Source: Bacteroidota bacterium
GTDB lineage: Bacteria > Bacteroidota > Bacteroidia > Chitinophagales > Chitinophagaceae
Length of the DNA: 64,000 nt
NCBI GenBank assembly: GCA_947487525.1
Contig: CANKWR010000005.1
Span: 3,958-67,957 of the forward strand
Direction of reading: 5' to 3'
Shown here: piece by piece, positions 29,236 to 38,719 of the stretch
Layout of the letters: each line of letters begins with the position of its first letter
How positions within the stretch are numbered: position 1 is the first letter of the stretch
Position numbers and translations under genes: made by a program
The notes under the pieces: generated by a model
What the model saw: only the letters and a program-made list of their open reading frames with translations
What the model was told of the DNA's origin: nothing
Databases searched by the model: none

Positions 29236-30915
29236 ATGGCGGGACAAAAATATGACGCAATCGTTGTAGGCTCTGGCATCAGTGGTGGTTGGGCGGCAAA
29301 AGAATTAACTGAAAAAGGTTTGAATGTATTAATGCTTGAGCGTGGAAGGAATATTGAGCATATTAAAGACTATGTAAATGCAAATAAAGAAGCTTGGGAG
29401 TTTCCGCATCGTGGAGGAAGAACACAGCAAATGATTCAGGACTATCCTGTATTAAAAAGAGACTATCCTTTAAATGAAACCAACTTGGATTATTGGTGTG
29501 TTGATAAGGATCATCCTTATGTTGAAACCAAACGTTTTGATTGGTTTAGAGGCTATCATGTAGGGGGACGTTCCTTAATGTGGGGACGCCAAAGTTACCG
29601 TTGGTCCGATTTGGATTTCGAAGCCAATGCAAAGGATGGGCATGGGGTGGACTGGCCTGTACGTTATAAGGAAATTGCACCTTGGTATGATTATGTAGAA
29701 AAATTTGCGGGTATTTCTGGAAACCGAGACGGCATTGATGTATTGCCTGATGGTCAGTTTTTGCCACCCATGGATTTAACCTGTGTAGAAAAAGATGTAG
29801 CTGCAAGATTAAAAGATATTTATAAAGGTTCAAGACATTTAATTATTGGACGTACTGCAAATATTACGGTTCCACATGGTGGTCGTCCAGGTTGTCAGTT
29901 CAGAAATAAATGTTGGTTGGGATGTCCATTCGGAGGATATTTTAGTACACAGTCCTCTACCTTGCCCGCTGCCATGGCAACTGGTAAATTAACATTAAGG
30001 CCTTTTAGTATTGTAACGAAAGTGTTATATGATAAGGATAAAAAACGTGCAACCGGTGTGGAGGTATTGGATGCGGAAACAAATAAGACCATTGAGTATA
30101 GCGCGAAAATTATTTTCTTAAACGCTTCTACTTTAAACAGTACTTGGATTTTAATGAATTCAGCAACGGATGTTTGGGAAGGTGGATTGGGAAGTAGTTC
30201 GGATGCCTTAGGTAAAAATTTAATGGACCACCATTTGGGCGTAGGTGCAGGTGGAACCGTTGAAGGGTATGAGGATTTATATACTTTTGGTCGACGTGCC
30301 AACGGATTTTATATTCCGCGATTTAGAAATGTGGGTGCGGATAAGCGTGATTATTTACGTGGATTTGGTTACCAGGGTGGAGGTTCAAGACAAGGATGGC
30401 AACATGAAGTTGCAGAATTCAGTATTGGATCAGCGTTTAAAGAAGCAATTACTGAACCAGGTACTTGGACATTTGGCATGGGCGGTTTTGGCGAAATGTT
30501 GCCAGACCCAACCAATAAAGTAACCCTCGATAAAACAGTAAAAGATAAATGGGGTTTAAATGTCTTGAATATTGATTGTGAATTAAAAGACAATGAACTT
30601 AAAATGCGCAAGGACATGATGGCCGATGCACAGGAAATGTTAGAGAAAGCGGGCATTAAAAATGTAACGGCCCATGATGGTGACGGTACTCCAGGTCGCG
30701 GTATACATGAAATGGGCACTGCACGTATGGGTAAGGATCCTAAAACTTCCGTATTGAATGGCAATAACCAAGTATGGGATGCGCCAAATGTATTTGTAAC
30801 GGATGGTGCATTTATGACCAGTGCTTCCTGTGTGAATCCTTCCTTAACATACATGGCTTTCACTGCACGTGCTGCTGAATTTGCAGTAAGTGAATTGAAA
30901 AAAGGAAACTTGTAA
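29236..30915 (+). CDS. GMC family FAD oxidoreductase (glycoside 3-dehydrogenase-like large subunit)
   Basis: GSGISGG, GGRSLMWGRQ, Cys cluster CQFRNKCWLGC, HEMGTARMG, NPSLT. Confidence 0.9.
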   Translation: MAGQKYDAIVVGSGISGGWAAKELTEKGLNVLMLERGRNIEHIKDYVNANKEAWEFPHRGGRTQQMIQDYPVLKRDYPLNETNLDYWCVDKDHPYVETKRFDWFRGYHVGGRSLMWGRQSYRWSDLDFEANAKDGHGVDWPVRYKEIAPWYDYVEKFAGISGNRDGIDVLPDGQFLPPMDLTCVEKDVAARLKDIYKGSRHLIIGRTANITVPHGGRPGCQFRNKCWLGCPFGGYFSTQSSTLPAAMATGKLTLRPFSIVTKVLYDKDKKRATGVEVLDAETNKTIEYSAKIIFLNASTLNSTWILMNSATDVWEGGLGSSSDALGKNLMDHHLGVGAGGTVEGYEDLYTFGRRANGFYIPRFRNVGADKRDYLRGFGYQGGGSRQGWQHEVAEFSIGSAFKEAITEPGTWTFGMGGFGEMLPDPTNKVTLDKTVKDKWGLNVLNIDCELKDNELKMRKDMMADAQEMLEKAGIKNVTAHDGDGTPGRGIHEMGTARMGKDPKTSVLNGNNQVWDAPNVFVTDGAFMTSASCVNPSLTYMAFTARAAEFAVSELKKGNL

Positions 30916-30949
30916 TTACATTAACATCACAATTTTAAAAGATAATTAT

Positions 30950-31516
30950 ATGATGAATAGAAGAGAAGCCTTATCCAGAGTAGCTATTATTATGGGAGGA
31001 ACTGTTTTAGGCGCTGAAGTTTTTTTAGCTGGCTGTAAAACCAATTCAAAAGGGGTCACATTTTCAAAAGAAGATATTGCATTTTTAAATGAAGTAGCTG
31101 AAACTATTTTACCTGCCACCAATACTCCAGGCGCTAAAGAAGCGAAAGTGGGAGAGTTTATGTCCGTGATGGTCAATGATTGTTATGAAACAAAGGACCA
31201 AACTATTTTTATGGAAGGCATGAAAAAATTAGAAGCCGCATCTAAAAAATTAAATAGTAAAAGTTTTATGGAGTCTACTCCGGCTCAACGTACAACTTTA
31301 TTAGAAGTGCTTGATAAGGAAGCGAAGGAATACCAAAAAACAAAGAAAGAGAGGGATCCTACACATTATTTTAGAATGATTAAAGAGTTGACTTTGTCAG
31401 GATTCTTTAGTTCTGAAGTAGGTGCTACCAAAGTACTTCGCTATGTAGCCGTACCCGGCAAATTTATCGGTTCTTATCCCTATAAGAAAGGTGAAAAAGC
31501 ATGGGCAACTAGCTAA
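30950..31516 (+). CDS. Gluconate 2-dehydrogenase subunit 3 family protein (Tat-signal small subunit)
   Basis: MNRREAL, ETILPATNTPGA, KELTLSGFFSSEVGA. Confidence 0.88.
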   Translation: MMNRREALSRVAIIMGGTVLGAEVFLAGCKTNSKGVTFSKEDIAFLNEVAETILPATNTPGAKEAKVGEFMSVMVNDCYETKDQTIFMEGMKKLEAASKKLNSKSFMESTPAQRTTLLEVLDKEAKEYQKTKKERDPTHYFRMIKELTLSGFFSSEVGATKVLRYVAVPGKFIGSYPYKKGEKAWATS

Positions 31517-31560
31517 ATAGATGCTTTAATTAATTAACAAGGTTTGTAAAAAATAGTATA

Positions 31561-32430
31561 ATGAATCATTCAAGAAGAACTTTTATCCGCAATTCGGCAT
31601 TAACGGCGATGGCTTTATCCATTCCATTTTCAAATGAATTAATGGCGATGGTTAAACCCAACCCATCCTTTGGGATACAATTGTGGTCAGTGAAAATGGC
31701 CTTAGATAAAGACCCAATGGGGGTGTTAACGCATTTATCCAAATGCGGGTATAAAAAAGTGGAAAGCTTCGAGGGGATGAAAGGCATGTTTTGGGGAATG
31801 AAAAACACCGAATTCAAAAAAGTAATGGATGATTTAGGAATGAATATTGTTTCCTCCCATTGTAATGATACCGGCGACTTTAAATCCTTTGAGCGCAAAG
31901 CTGCCGAAGCGGGTGAAATAGGCATCAAGTATTTAATTTGCGCACATAAGGGGCCTCAAAAGTCAATTGAAAACTTTAAGCAATTTGCGGACGAATTTAA
32001 TGAGTGCGGTAAAATAGCTAAAAAACATGGACTTCGTTTTGCGTATCATAACCATGATTATTCATTCAGGCCAATGGATGGTATTCTTCCTCAGGATATT
32101 TTGATGAAAAATACCAATCAAGAAATCGTTGACTTTGAAATGGATTTGTACTGGACCAGGGTAGCAGACATTGAGCCAGTCGCTTATATGAAAAAGTATC
32201 CCAATCGTTTTAAACTAGTTCATGTTAAAGACTTGATGAAAACGAACACAGCGATAGGGCACGAATCCTGTATCATTGGAAAAGGCACTATTGATTACAA
32301 AGCCTTATTGCCATTAGTGGCAAAGCAAGGGGTGCAACATATGTTTGCTGAACAAGAAGACTATAGGGGCACCAACGAATTAGATGCAGCAGCAGCCGAT
32401 GGAGCTTATATGAAAACCTTGAAATGGTAA
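31561..32430 (+). CDS. Xylose-isomerase-like TIM barrel with Tat signal
   Basis: SRRTFIR, GIQLWSV, YHNHDYSF, EMDLYW, HVKD, EQE. Confidence 0.88.
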   Translation: MNHSRRTFIRNSALTAMALSIPFSNELMAMVKPNPSFGIQLWSVKMALDKDPMGVLTHLSKCGYKKVESFEGMKGMFWGMKNTEFKKVMDDLGMNIVSSHCNDTGDFKSFERKAAEAGEIGIKYLICAHKGPQKSIENFKQFADEFNECGKIAKKHGLRFAYHNHDYSFRPMDGILPQDILMKNTNQEIVDFEMDLYWTRVADIEPVAYMKKYPNRFKLVHVKDLMKTNTAIGHESCIIGKGTIDYKALLPLVAKQGVQHMFAEQEDYRGTNELDAAAADGAYMKTLKW

Positions 32431-32525
32431 ATTTAATTTAACGCTAACCTTATATAAAATACTTAATGCTCGTCTCGCCATGCGCGTAGCTCGAAAGCAC
32501 GTCTCAAATTAGTATTTTCTTCTAA

Positions 32526-33707
32526 TCAATTCTTTTCTATTAAAATTAAGTCAGTGGTATTCATAATATCCGTAAGGGCCTTGTGTAATGCTTCTAAATC
32601 TTGAATGCAATTAAATGCATTGATAGAATAGCGCATATATATATCCTCCCCTTGACGCATGATGGGAATTTCAATATTAAATTCTTTGAATAATTTTCTT
32701 TGTAGTAGTTCGGGTTCCTTGGTGTGTATGGGAATACTAATCATTTGTCCAATCCACTCATTGTTTAATGGACTTATAGGTTGTGTGCCAAGTAAAGTAT
32801 AAAATTGTTGGGCATTGGCAAGCACCATTTCGTGACATTGTTTAGATATGGACGGCCAATGGTGTTCCTCCATAAATTCAATGCATTTAGGTATCGTCAA
32901 AAATGCCGAAAAGTCGCGTGTACCAATCATTTGGTGGTAGTCTAAAAATGTTGATTTGGAAGGCTTAGCGGCTTTGTATCCCCAGCTCACCACCAATGGT
33001 TCACATACATGCTGTACACTTTTGTGGGCGTATAAAAAACTAGCTCCCTTAGGCGCCATCATCCATTTGTGGCAGGCGCCTACATAAAAATCAACATCCA
33101 ATTCATTGATCTTTAAAGGGATATGCGCTGGTGCATGTGCTCCATCTACAATCGTAATTAAACCTTTTGATTTAGCAATTGCACATATTTCTTTAATCGG
33201 GAAGATGAGTGCAGTGGCACTCGTAATATGACTTATAAATATGGCCTTGGTGTTAGGTGTGAGTCCTTTAAAAAAGTCTTCAATGAATTGATCTTTGGTC
33301 GTGATGGGTAAATTTATTTTTTGCCTTTTATATACTGCTTTTTTTTGTGCGCAATAGTAGTCCCAGGTTCTATCACAGGCACCATATTCAATATCGGTTG
33401 CTAAAATTTCATCTCCCTCATTTAATGGAAAAGCTTTCGCAATGATATTTATAGCAAAGCTTGGATTGGTTACATATACTAAATCATCCTTATCGTTGAC
33501 CTGTAAGAATTTTGCAAGGGCTGCTCTTGAAGTAGACAAATAATCATAACCGTCAAAGGCAATAAACTGCACAGGCTCTGCTTCTAATACGGTTTGCCAA
33601 TGTTGGTAATTTTCAAATATGGGTTTAGGTGTTGCACCAAAGGAACCAAAGTTTAAAAAATGAATATCTTTTCTTAATAAAAACTGGTCTTGTAGCTGAT
33701 TGTTCAT
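32526..33707 (-). CDS. Class V PLP enzyme (isopenicillin-N-epimerase / C-S lyase-like)
   Basis: FLNFGSFGA, SHITS, VDGAH, GACHKW, GTRD. Confidence 0.85.
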   Translation of the reverse strand: MNNQLQDQFLLRKDIHFLNFGSFGATPKPIFENYQHWQTVLEAEPVQFIAFDGYDYLSTSRAALAKFLQVNDKDDLVYVTNPSFAINIIAKAFPLNEGDEILATDIEYGACDRTWDYYCAQKKAVYKRQKINLPITTKDQFIEDFFKGLTPNTKAIFISHITSATALIFPIKEICAIAKSKGLITIVDGAHAPAHIPLKINELDVDFYVGACHKWMMAPKGASFLYAHKSVQHVCEPLVVSWGYKAAKPSKSTFLDYHQMIGTRDFSAFLTIPKCIEFMEEHHWPSISKQCHEMVLANAQQFYTLLGTQPISPLNNEWIGQMISIPIHTKEPELLQRKLFKEFNIEIPIMRQGEDIYMRYSINAFNCIQDLEALHKALTDIMNTTDLILIEKN

Positions 33708-33791
33708 TGCGTTCAATTAGATGGTAAAAATTATATGGATCATTTGAAAATGGCCCCTATTCGTTTTAAATAAACCATTCCGAAGTTAAGT

Positions 33792-33823
33792 AAAAAAATC
33801 CCCTCGAAAATTCGAAGGGATTT
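33792..33823 (-). terminator. Terminator downstream of the Tat Gfo/Idh/MocA gene
   Basis: AAATCCCCTCG...CGAAGGGATTT with A7 run on the left. Confidence 0.7.
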
Positions 33824-33852
33824 GAGATTGAATTATTTAAATTTTAGGATGC

Positions 33853-35328
33853 TTATACACCCAAGCTCCAACCTTCACGGTAGGTTCTTTGCACAAATTG
33901 ATTGGCTGGTTCAAAATTGGTAATTTTCATATTTGGTCCATCCCATAATAATTGAATATTGCGTCCTGGATACGTAGTGTTGCCCTTGCTATCCGTTGAC
34001 TTATAATCATAACTACGAATGGCTAAATTGCCCATGAGTACCGATTCTGTTAAAGGACCTGCAATGTCAAAATTAGAACTCAATAATTTATGTTCCTTAC
34101 TTCCCACACCGGCGATACATGCTTCAACCCAGGCTGCATAGTGGCCTGCATCTCCATTTTTAACCCTTGCCACAGACTGCGGAACCTTAGTTTGTTTAGT
34201 TAAATTGGTTGGCAATAATTGAGGATTGATACCATAGGTACCTGCCATCATTTTTCCCTTGCTACCTTCAAAAATAATTCCATTGCCTCCATCACCCATT
34301 ACTTCATTAGGTCCCAATTCAGCAGGACGTTCAGGCTGGATACCGCCGTCCATCCAATGCAATTTAATTTCAGTTACTTTATTGCTGCCTTTGTGTTTGT
34401 TAAACTTACCTCTAAAAGTTAAAATAATATGGGATGCAGCTGGCGGGCTGTCTGGTGAATACACTCTTTGCCACGGCGCAGTATACCTTGTTGCTACACT
34501 ACACTCTGCTGATACTGGATACCCTAAGCCTAATACGGCAAATGCAGGTGCCATAATATGACAGGCCATGTCACCTAAAGCACCGGTTCCATAATCCCAC
34601 CAACCTCTCCAGTTAAAGGGCAATAAATCGGTGAAATAATCTTTTTTAGGGGCCGTACCTAACCATAAATCAAAATCTAATTCTTTGGGAATTTCATTGG
34701 CCGTTACAGGACGAATGACCCCCTGCGGCCATACTGGTCGGTCAGTATAACAATAAATAGTATGCACATCCCCAATCAATCCTTCGTTGTACCAATCCTG
34801 AAGCATGCGAACCCCATCCCCAGAAGCACCCTGGTTGCCCATTTGGGTGACTACTTTATAGTCATGTGCTGCTTTGGTCATCATTCTTGCTTCATATATA
34901 TCATGTGCCATTGGTTTTTGAACATACACATGTTTGCCAAGTTGCATGGCAGCCATCGCTTGCACCGCGTGCATGTGATCGGGTGTTGAAACAGAACAAG
35001 CGTCAATATGCTTGTGCTCTTTTTCTAACATCTCTCTATAATCTTTGTACAGCTTTGCATTTGGATAGCGCTTGCGACTGAGTGCAGTTTGACGATCATC
35101 TACATCACATAAAAAAGCAATCTCCGCTTTTCCACTACTGTAAAAAGAGAACAAATCACTTTCCCCTTTACCGCCGGCGCCTATGCCTGCAATTTGAATT
35201 TTATCACTAGGTGCGGTGAATCCTTTACCGCCCAATACATGTCGTGGAAGAATATAAAATCCACCCAGTGCTAAAGCTGAATTTCTAATAAAGTCTCTTC
35301 TTGTATTGTCTTGTTTTTTTTTGGACAT
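33853..35328 (-). CDS. Tat-exported Gfo/Idh/MocA oxidoreductase (glycoside 3-dehydrogenase-like)
   Basis: TRRDFIR, APSDKI.IAGIGAGGKG, TPDHMH, QKP, QMGNQG, GALGDMACH, YREGW. Confidence 0.9.
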   Translation of the reverse strand: MSKKKQDNTRRDFIRNSALALGGFYILPRHVLGGKGFTAPSDKIQIAGIGAGGKGESDLFSFYSSGKAEIAFLCDVDDRQTALSRKRYPNAKLYKDYREMLEKEHKHIDACSVSTPDHMHAVQAMAAMQLGKHVYVQKPMAHDIYEARMMTKAAHDYKVVTQMGNQGASGDGVRMLQDWYNEGLIGDVHTIYCYTDRPVWPQGVIRPVTANEIPKELDFDLWLGTAPKKDYFTDLLPFNWRGWWDYGTGALGDMACHIMAPAFAVLGLGYPVSAECSVATRYTAPWQRVYSPDSPPAASHIILTFRGKFNKHKGSNKVTEIKLHWMDGGIQPERPAELGPNEVMGDGGNGIIFEGSKGKMMAGTYGINPQLLPTNLTKQTKVPQSVARVKNGDAGHYAAWVEACIAGVGSKEHKLLSSNFDIAGPLTESVLMGNLAIRSYDYKSTDSKGNTTYPGRNIQLLWDGPNMKITNFEPANQFVQRTYREGWSLGV

Positions 35329-35474
35329 AGCAATCGTTATTTATGAAAATTTAATCGTTTAATTAGTACCGTTAAATTATTAAAAAAATATTGAAAATCA
35401 GAATTATTTTGATGAATGAACAATTCCATCGCCCTTTCGTTATTATAGCTTAAATTGCTCTATAATCTTATCCT

Positions 35475-36842
35475 ATGGATACTACTATTCAGCCTTTACG
35501 TACTTATTTTTTAAGCGGTGTTACGCAGTCCTATGAATTTAGAATTAATCAGCTAAAGCGACTAAAAAAAGTGGTGCTGGAATCTGAGGCAATCCTATAC
35601 CAGGCCCTGTATGCCGATTTGAGAAAAACCAATGAGGATGCTTGGGCTACAGAAATTGGATTTTTCTTGAGTGAATTAAATTATACTATTGATCATTTAA
35701 AAGAATGGATGCAACCTAAGACGGTGTCCACGAATTTAGTCAATCAGCCTTCTGCTAGTTTTGTGATGCAAGAGCCTTTAGGGGTGGTATGTATAATTGC
35801 ACCTTGGAATTATCCTTTTCAATTATTGTTTACACCATTGATTGGCGCTATTGCAGGCGGAAATTGTGCAGTTTTAAAACCGAGTGAATTCGCCCCTGCC
35901 ACCGCAAAAGTGATGGGTGAAATTATTCATTCATTGTTTCCAGAAAATTATATAATTTATGTTGAAGGAGATGGAGCCACTGTGATTCCTCCCTTATTGA
36001 CAGAAAATAAATTCGACCATATTTTTTATACCGGCAGCACCGTTGTTGGTAAAATCATTTACAAATACGCAGCGGAACAATTAGTCCCAGTTACATTAGA
36101 GCTAGGGGGTAAAAGTCCTGCGGTGATTACTTCTGATGCAAATATTCGAGTAGCAGCTCGTCGTATTGCCAGTCCAAAATATTCCAATGCAGGTCAAATG
36201 TGCATTGCACCTGATTATGTTTTGGTGCCTACTGAATTAAAAGAGGCGTTTATTAAAGAATTAATTAAAGCAATACAATCCTTTTATGGAGAAAACGCCA
36301 TAGAGTCCGAGCATTATGGTAAAATTATTAACGATAAACAATGGCTTCGATTAACTGCCTATTTATCGGAAGGTGAAATTGTGTACGGTGGCCAATCGGA
36401 TCGGGCGCGCTTGTTTATTGAACCAACCATCATGACAGGCATCCATGCAGATGCCAATATTATGAAAGAGGAAATTTTCGGCCCTTTACTTCCTATTATC
36501 ACGTATCAGTCCAATGAAGAGGCACTGGCAGTGATACACAAAAATCCAAATCCATTGGCATTTTATGTGTTCACTGAAAACAAGGCGGATGAGCAGTATT
36601 GGTTAACCAATGTGCCTTCAGGGGGTGCTTGTGTGAACAATGCTACGATGCATATCACCAATCATGCATTGCCATTTGGGGGAAGAGGGTATAGCGGGTT
36701 AGGTGCGTATCATGGCAAGTCTAGTTTTGATACATTTACCCATCCTAAATCGGTTTTAAAAACACCAACTTGGATTGATCCGAGCTTTAAATATCCTCCG
36801 TATAAAGGAAAGGGTTGGTTGTTGAAACGCTTGATAGGGTAG
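35475..36842 (+). CDS. Aldehyde dehydrogenase (ALDH3-like)
   Basis: PWNYP, TGST, LELGGKSP, GQMCIAPDY, EEIFGP. Confidence 0.93.
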   Translation: MDTTIQPLRTYFLSGVTQSYEFRINQLKRLKKVVLESEAILYQALYADLRKTNEDAWATEIGFFLSELNYTIDHLKEWMQPKTVSTNLVNQPSASFVMQEPLGVVCIIAPWNYPFQLLFTPLIGAIAGGNCAVLKPSEFAPATAKVMGEIIHSLFPENYIIYVEGDGATVIPPLLTENKFDHIFYTGSTVVGKIIYKYAAEQLVPVTLELGGKSPAVITSDANIRVAARRIASPKYSNAGQMCIAPDYVLVPTELKEAFIKELIKAIQSFYGENAIESEHYGKIINDKQWLRLTAYLSEGEIVYGGQSDRARLFIEPTIMTGIHADANIMKEEIFGPLLPIITYQSNEEALAVIHKNPNPLAFYVFTENKADEQYWLTNVPSGGACVNNATMHITNHALPFGGRGYSGLGAYHGKSSFDTFTHPKSVLKTPTWIDPSFKYPPYKGKGWLLKRLIG

Positions 36843-36900
36843 GGTTTGGCATTATTATATAATTAAACATTGGATTTCATTGAAAATAAAATCATCCATT

Positions 36901-37557
36901 ATGATAAAAACTGCCATTGCTTTAGGCGTATTGGTCACTGCTACATTGCTTATGAAAAAATCAGGCATGTCCTATAGGCAGTCTGTTTTAAAAACTTTGT
37001 ATCCTGCCATCATGTGGACGAGCAAAGCAAGTGGTAAGAAACAAATCCAAATCAATAAAAACAATGCGGCGCCTGCCGTCCCCTTTTATACCTTAACGGC
37101 TAAAGATATTAGTGGGAATGATTTTAATTTTTCTACCTTAAAAGGTAAAAAAGTATTAATTGTTAATACGGCAAGTGATTGCGGATTTACTGCACAATAT
37201 GAAGCCTTAGAAAAACTCTCCCATCAGTTTGCAGATAAGTTAGTCATCATTGGGTTCCCATCCAATGATTTTAAAGAGCAGGAAACAAAAGACAATACGG
37301 ACATTGTGAATTTTTGTAAAAAAAATTATGGCGTTAATTTTCCTTTAATGGAAAAAAGCATTGTAATTAAAAAGAACCATCAAAACGAAGTGCATAAATG
37401 GTTGTCTGATATGACTATGAACGGTTGGTGTCATCAAGAACCCGCATGGAATTTTTGTAAATACTTGATAAATGAGGAGGGGGTGCTAACGCATTATTTT
37501 CCAATGACAGTGGATCCATTATCCTCAGATATGATTACGGCCATAAAAGGCAAGTAA
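36901..37557 (+). CDS. Cys-type glutathione peroxidase family protein with N-terminal hydrophobic anchor
   Basis: VNTASDCGFT, GFPSNDF, WNFCKYL; catalytic codon TGC. Confidence 0.9.
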   Translation: MIKTAIALGVLVTATLLMKKSGMSYRQSVLKTLYPAIMWTSKASGKKQIQINKNNAAPAVPFYTLTAKDISGNDFNFSTLKGKKVLIVNTASDCGFTAQYEALEKLSHQFADKLVIIGFPSNDFKEQETKDNTDIVNFCKKNYGVNFPLMEKSIVIKKNHQNEVHKWLSDMTMNGWCHQEPAWNFCKYLINEEGVLTHYFPMTVDPLSSDMITAIKGK

Positions 37558-37565
37558 ATCGAAAT

Positions 37566-37599
37566 AAAAAAAGGAGTTTTTGTTGAAACTCCTTTTTTT
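37566..37599. terminator. Bidirectional terminator
   Basis: A7-GGAGTTT...AAACTCC-T8 between convergent genes. Confidence 0.8.
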
Positions 37600-37617
37600 T
37601 GTATTTTAAAATGCGAT

Positions 37618-38658
37618 TTAGTGGATAGGACAATGTTCGTGGTAGTTTTCTAATACAATTTTACCTGATTCAATAACCATTCCTTTGTATTGTTCTTTTA
37701 TTTCATCTAAAACCGCTTCAATTTCTATAGGGTCCGTGATACGCACTAATTTGGCTCGGTAATCCTTAATACTTGGCAAGCCTTTTAAATAATTGGCGTA
37801 GTGTCTTCTCATTTCATTGATGCCTGCGATGGGACCTTTCCATGCTAATGACTTTTGTAAGTGCTTTCTAGCGACTTCCACCCGCTCTTCAATGGTTGGA
37901 TCTGCTCTTTTGGTTCCTGTTTCAACGTAATGTTTAATTTCTCTAAATATCCAAGGGTAGCCTATGGCAGCTCGACCAATCATAATGCCATCAACGCCAT
38001 ATTTATTTTTATATTCTACCGCTTTTTCAGGTGAATTAATGTCACCGTTTCCAAAAATGGGAATATGAATACGTGGATCATTTTTTATTTCGCCAATGAG
38101 GGTCCAGTCTGCTTCGCCTTTATACATTTGCATACGCGTACGTCCATGTATTGCCAATGCTTTGATGCCTACATCCTGTAAACGCAATGCAACTTCTCTA
38201 ATGTTTTTACTGTTTTCATCCCAGCCCAATCTTGTTTTAACGGTTACAGGAAGGTTGGTGCTTTTAACCACAGCTTCAGTAAGTCGCACCATTAAATCCA
38301 AATCCTTCAAAACGCCGGCACCAGCGCCTTTCATGGCTACTTTTTTTACAGGGCAACCAAAATTAATGTCAATTAAATCGGGGTTGACCGTGTCTACAAT
38401 TTTTGTACATAAAGCTAAAGCCTCCTCATCTCCCCCAAAAATTTGTATGCCAATGGGGCGCTCGTAGTCGTAGATATCTAATTTCTGTTTGCTCTTAATG
38501 GCATCACGAATAAGCCCTTCACTGCTTATAAATTCAGTGTACATTAAATCAGCTCCATTGTCCTTGCACACTGCCCTAAATGGAGGATCGCTTACATCCT
38601 CCATTGGAGCTAATAATAAGGGGAAGTCAGGTAATTGTATATTGCCTATAGAAACCAT
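37618..38658 (-). CDS. dusB: tRNA dihydrouridine synthase DusB
   Basis: LAPMEDVSD, DINFGCP, KTRLGW, HGRT, GNGDI, MIGRAA. Confidence 0.93.
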   Translation of the reverse strand: MVSIGNIQLPDFPLLLAPMEDVSDPPFRAVCKDNGADLMYTEFISSEGLIRDAIKSKQKLDIYDYERPIGIQIFGGDEEALALCTKIVDTVNPDLIDINFGCPVKKVAMKGAGAGVLKDLDLMVRLTEAVVKSTNLPVTVKTRLGWDENSKNIREVALRLQDVGIKALAIHGRTRMQMYKGEADWTLIGEIKNDPRIHIPIFGNGDINSPEKAVEYKNKYGVDGIMIGRAAIGYPWIFREIKHYVETGTKRADPTIEERVEVARKHLQKSLAWKGPIAGINEMRRHYANYLKGLPSIKDYRAKLVRITDPIEIEAVLDEIKEQYKGMVIESGKIVLENYHEHCPIH

Positions 38659-38693
38659 ATGAATTCATTATCTTGCATCTGATTGACGCGGTG

Positions 38694-38701
38694 CAAATGT
38701 A
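38694..38701 (-). promoter_or_regulatory. -7 promoter box for dusB
   Basis: Reverse complement TACATTTG. Confidence 0.55.
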
Positions 38702-38719
38702 CCAATAAAATACTTTTAG

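Noticed and set aside
1825-37557. Selenoprotein recoding in SelD or the glutathione peroxidase; SenABC selenoneine cluster
   Set aside because: Both active sites use Cys codons with no in-frame TGA; selD, the GT-like gene and the PLP lyase are far apart and no EgtB-like gene is present
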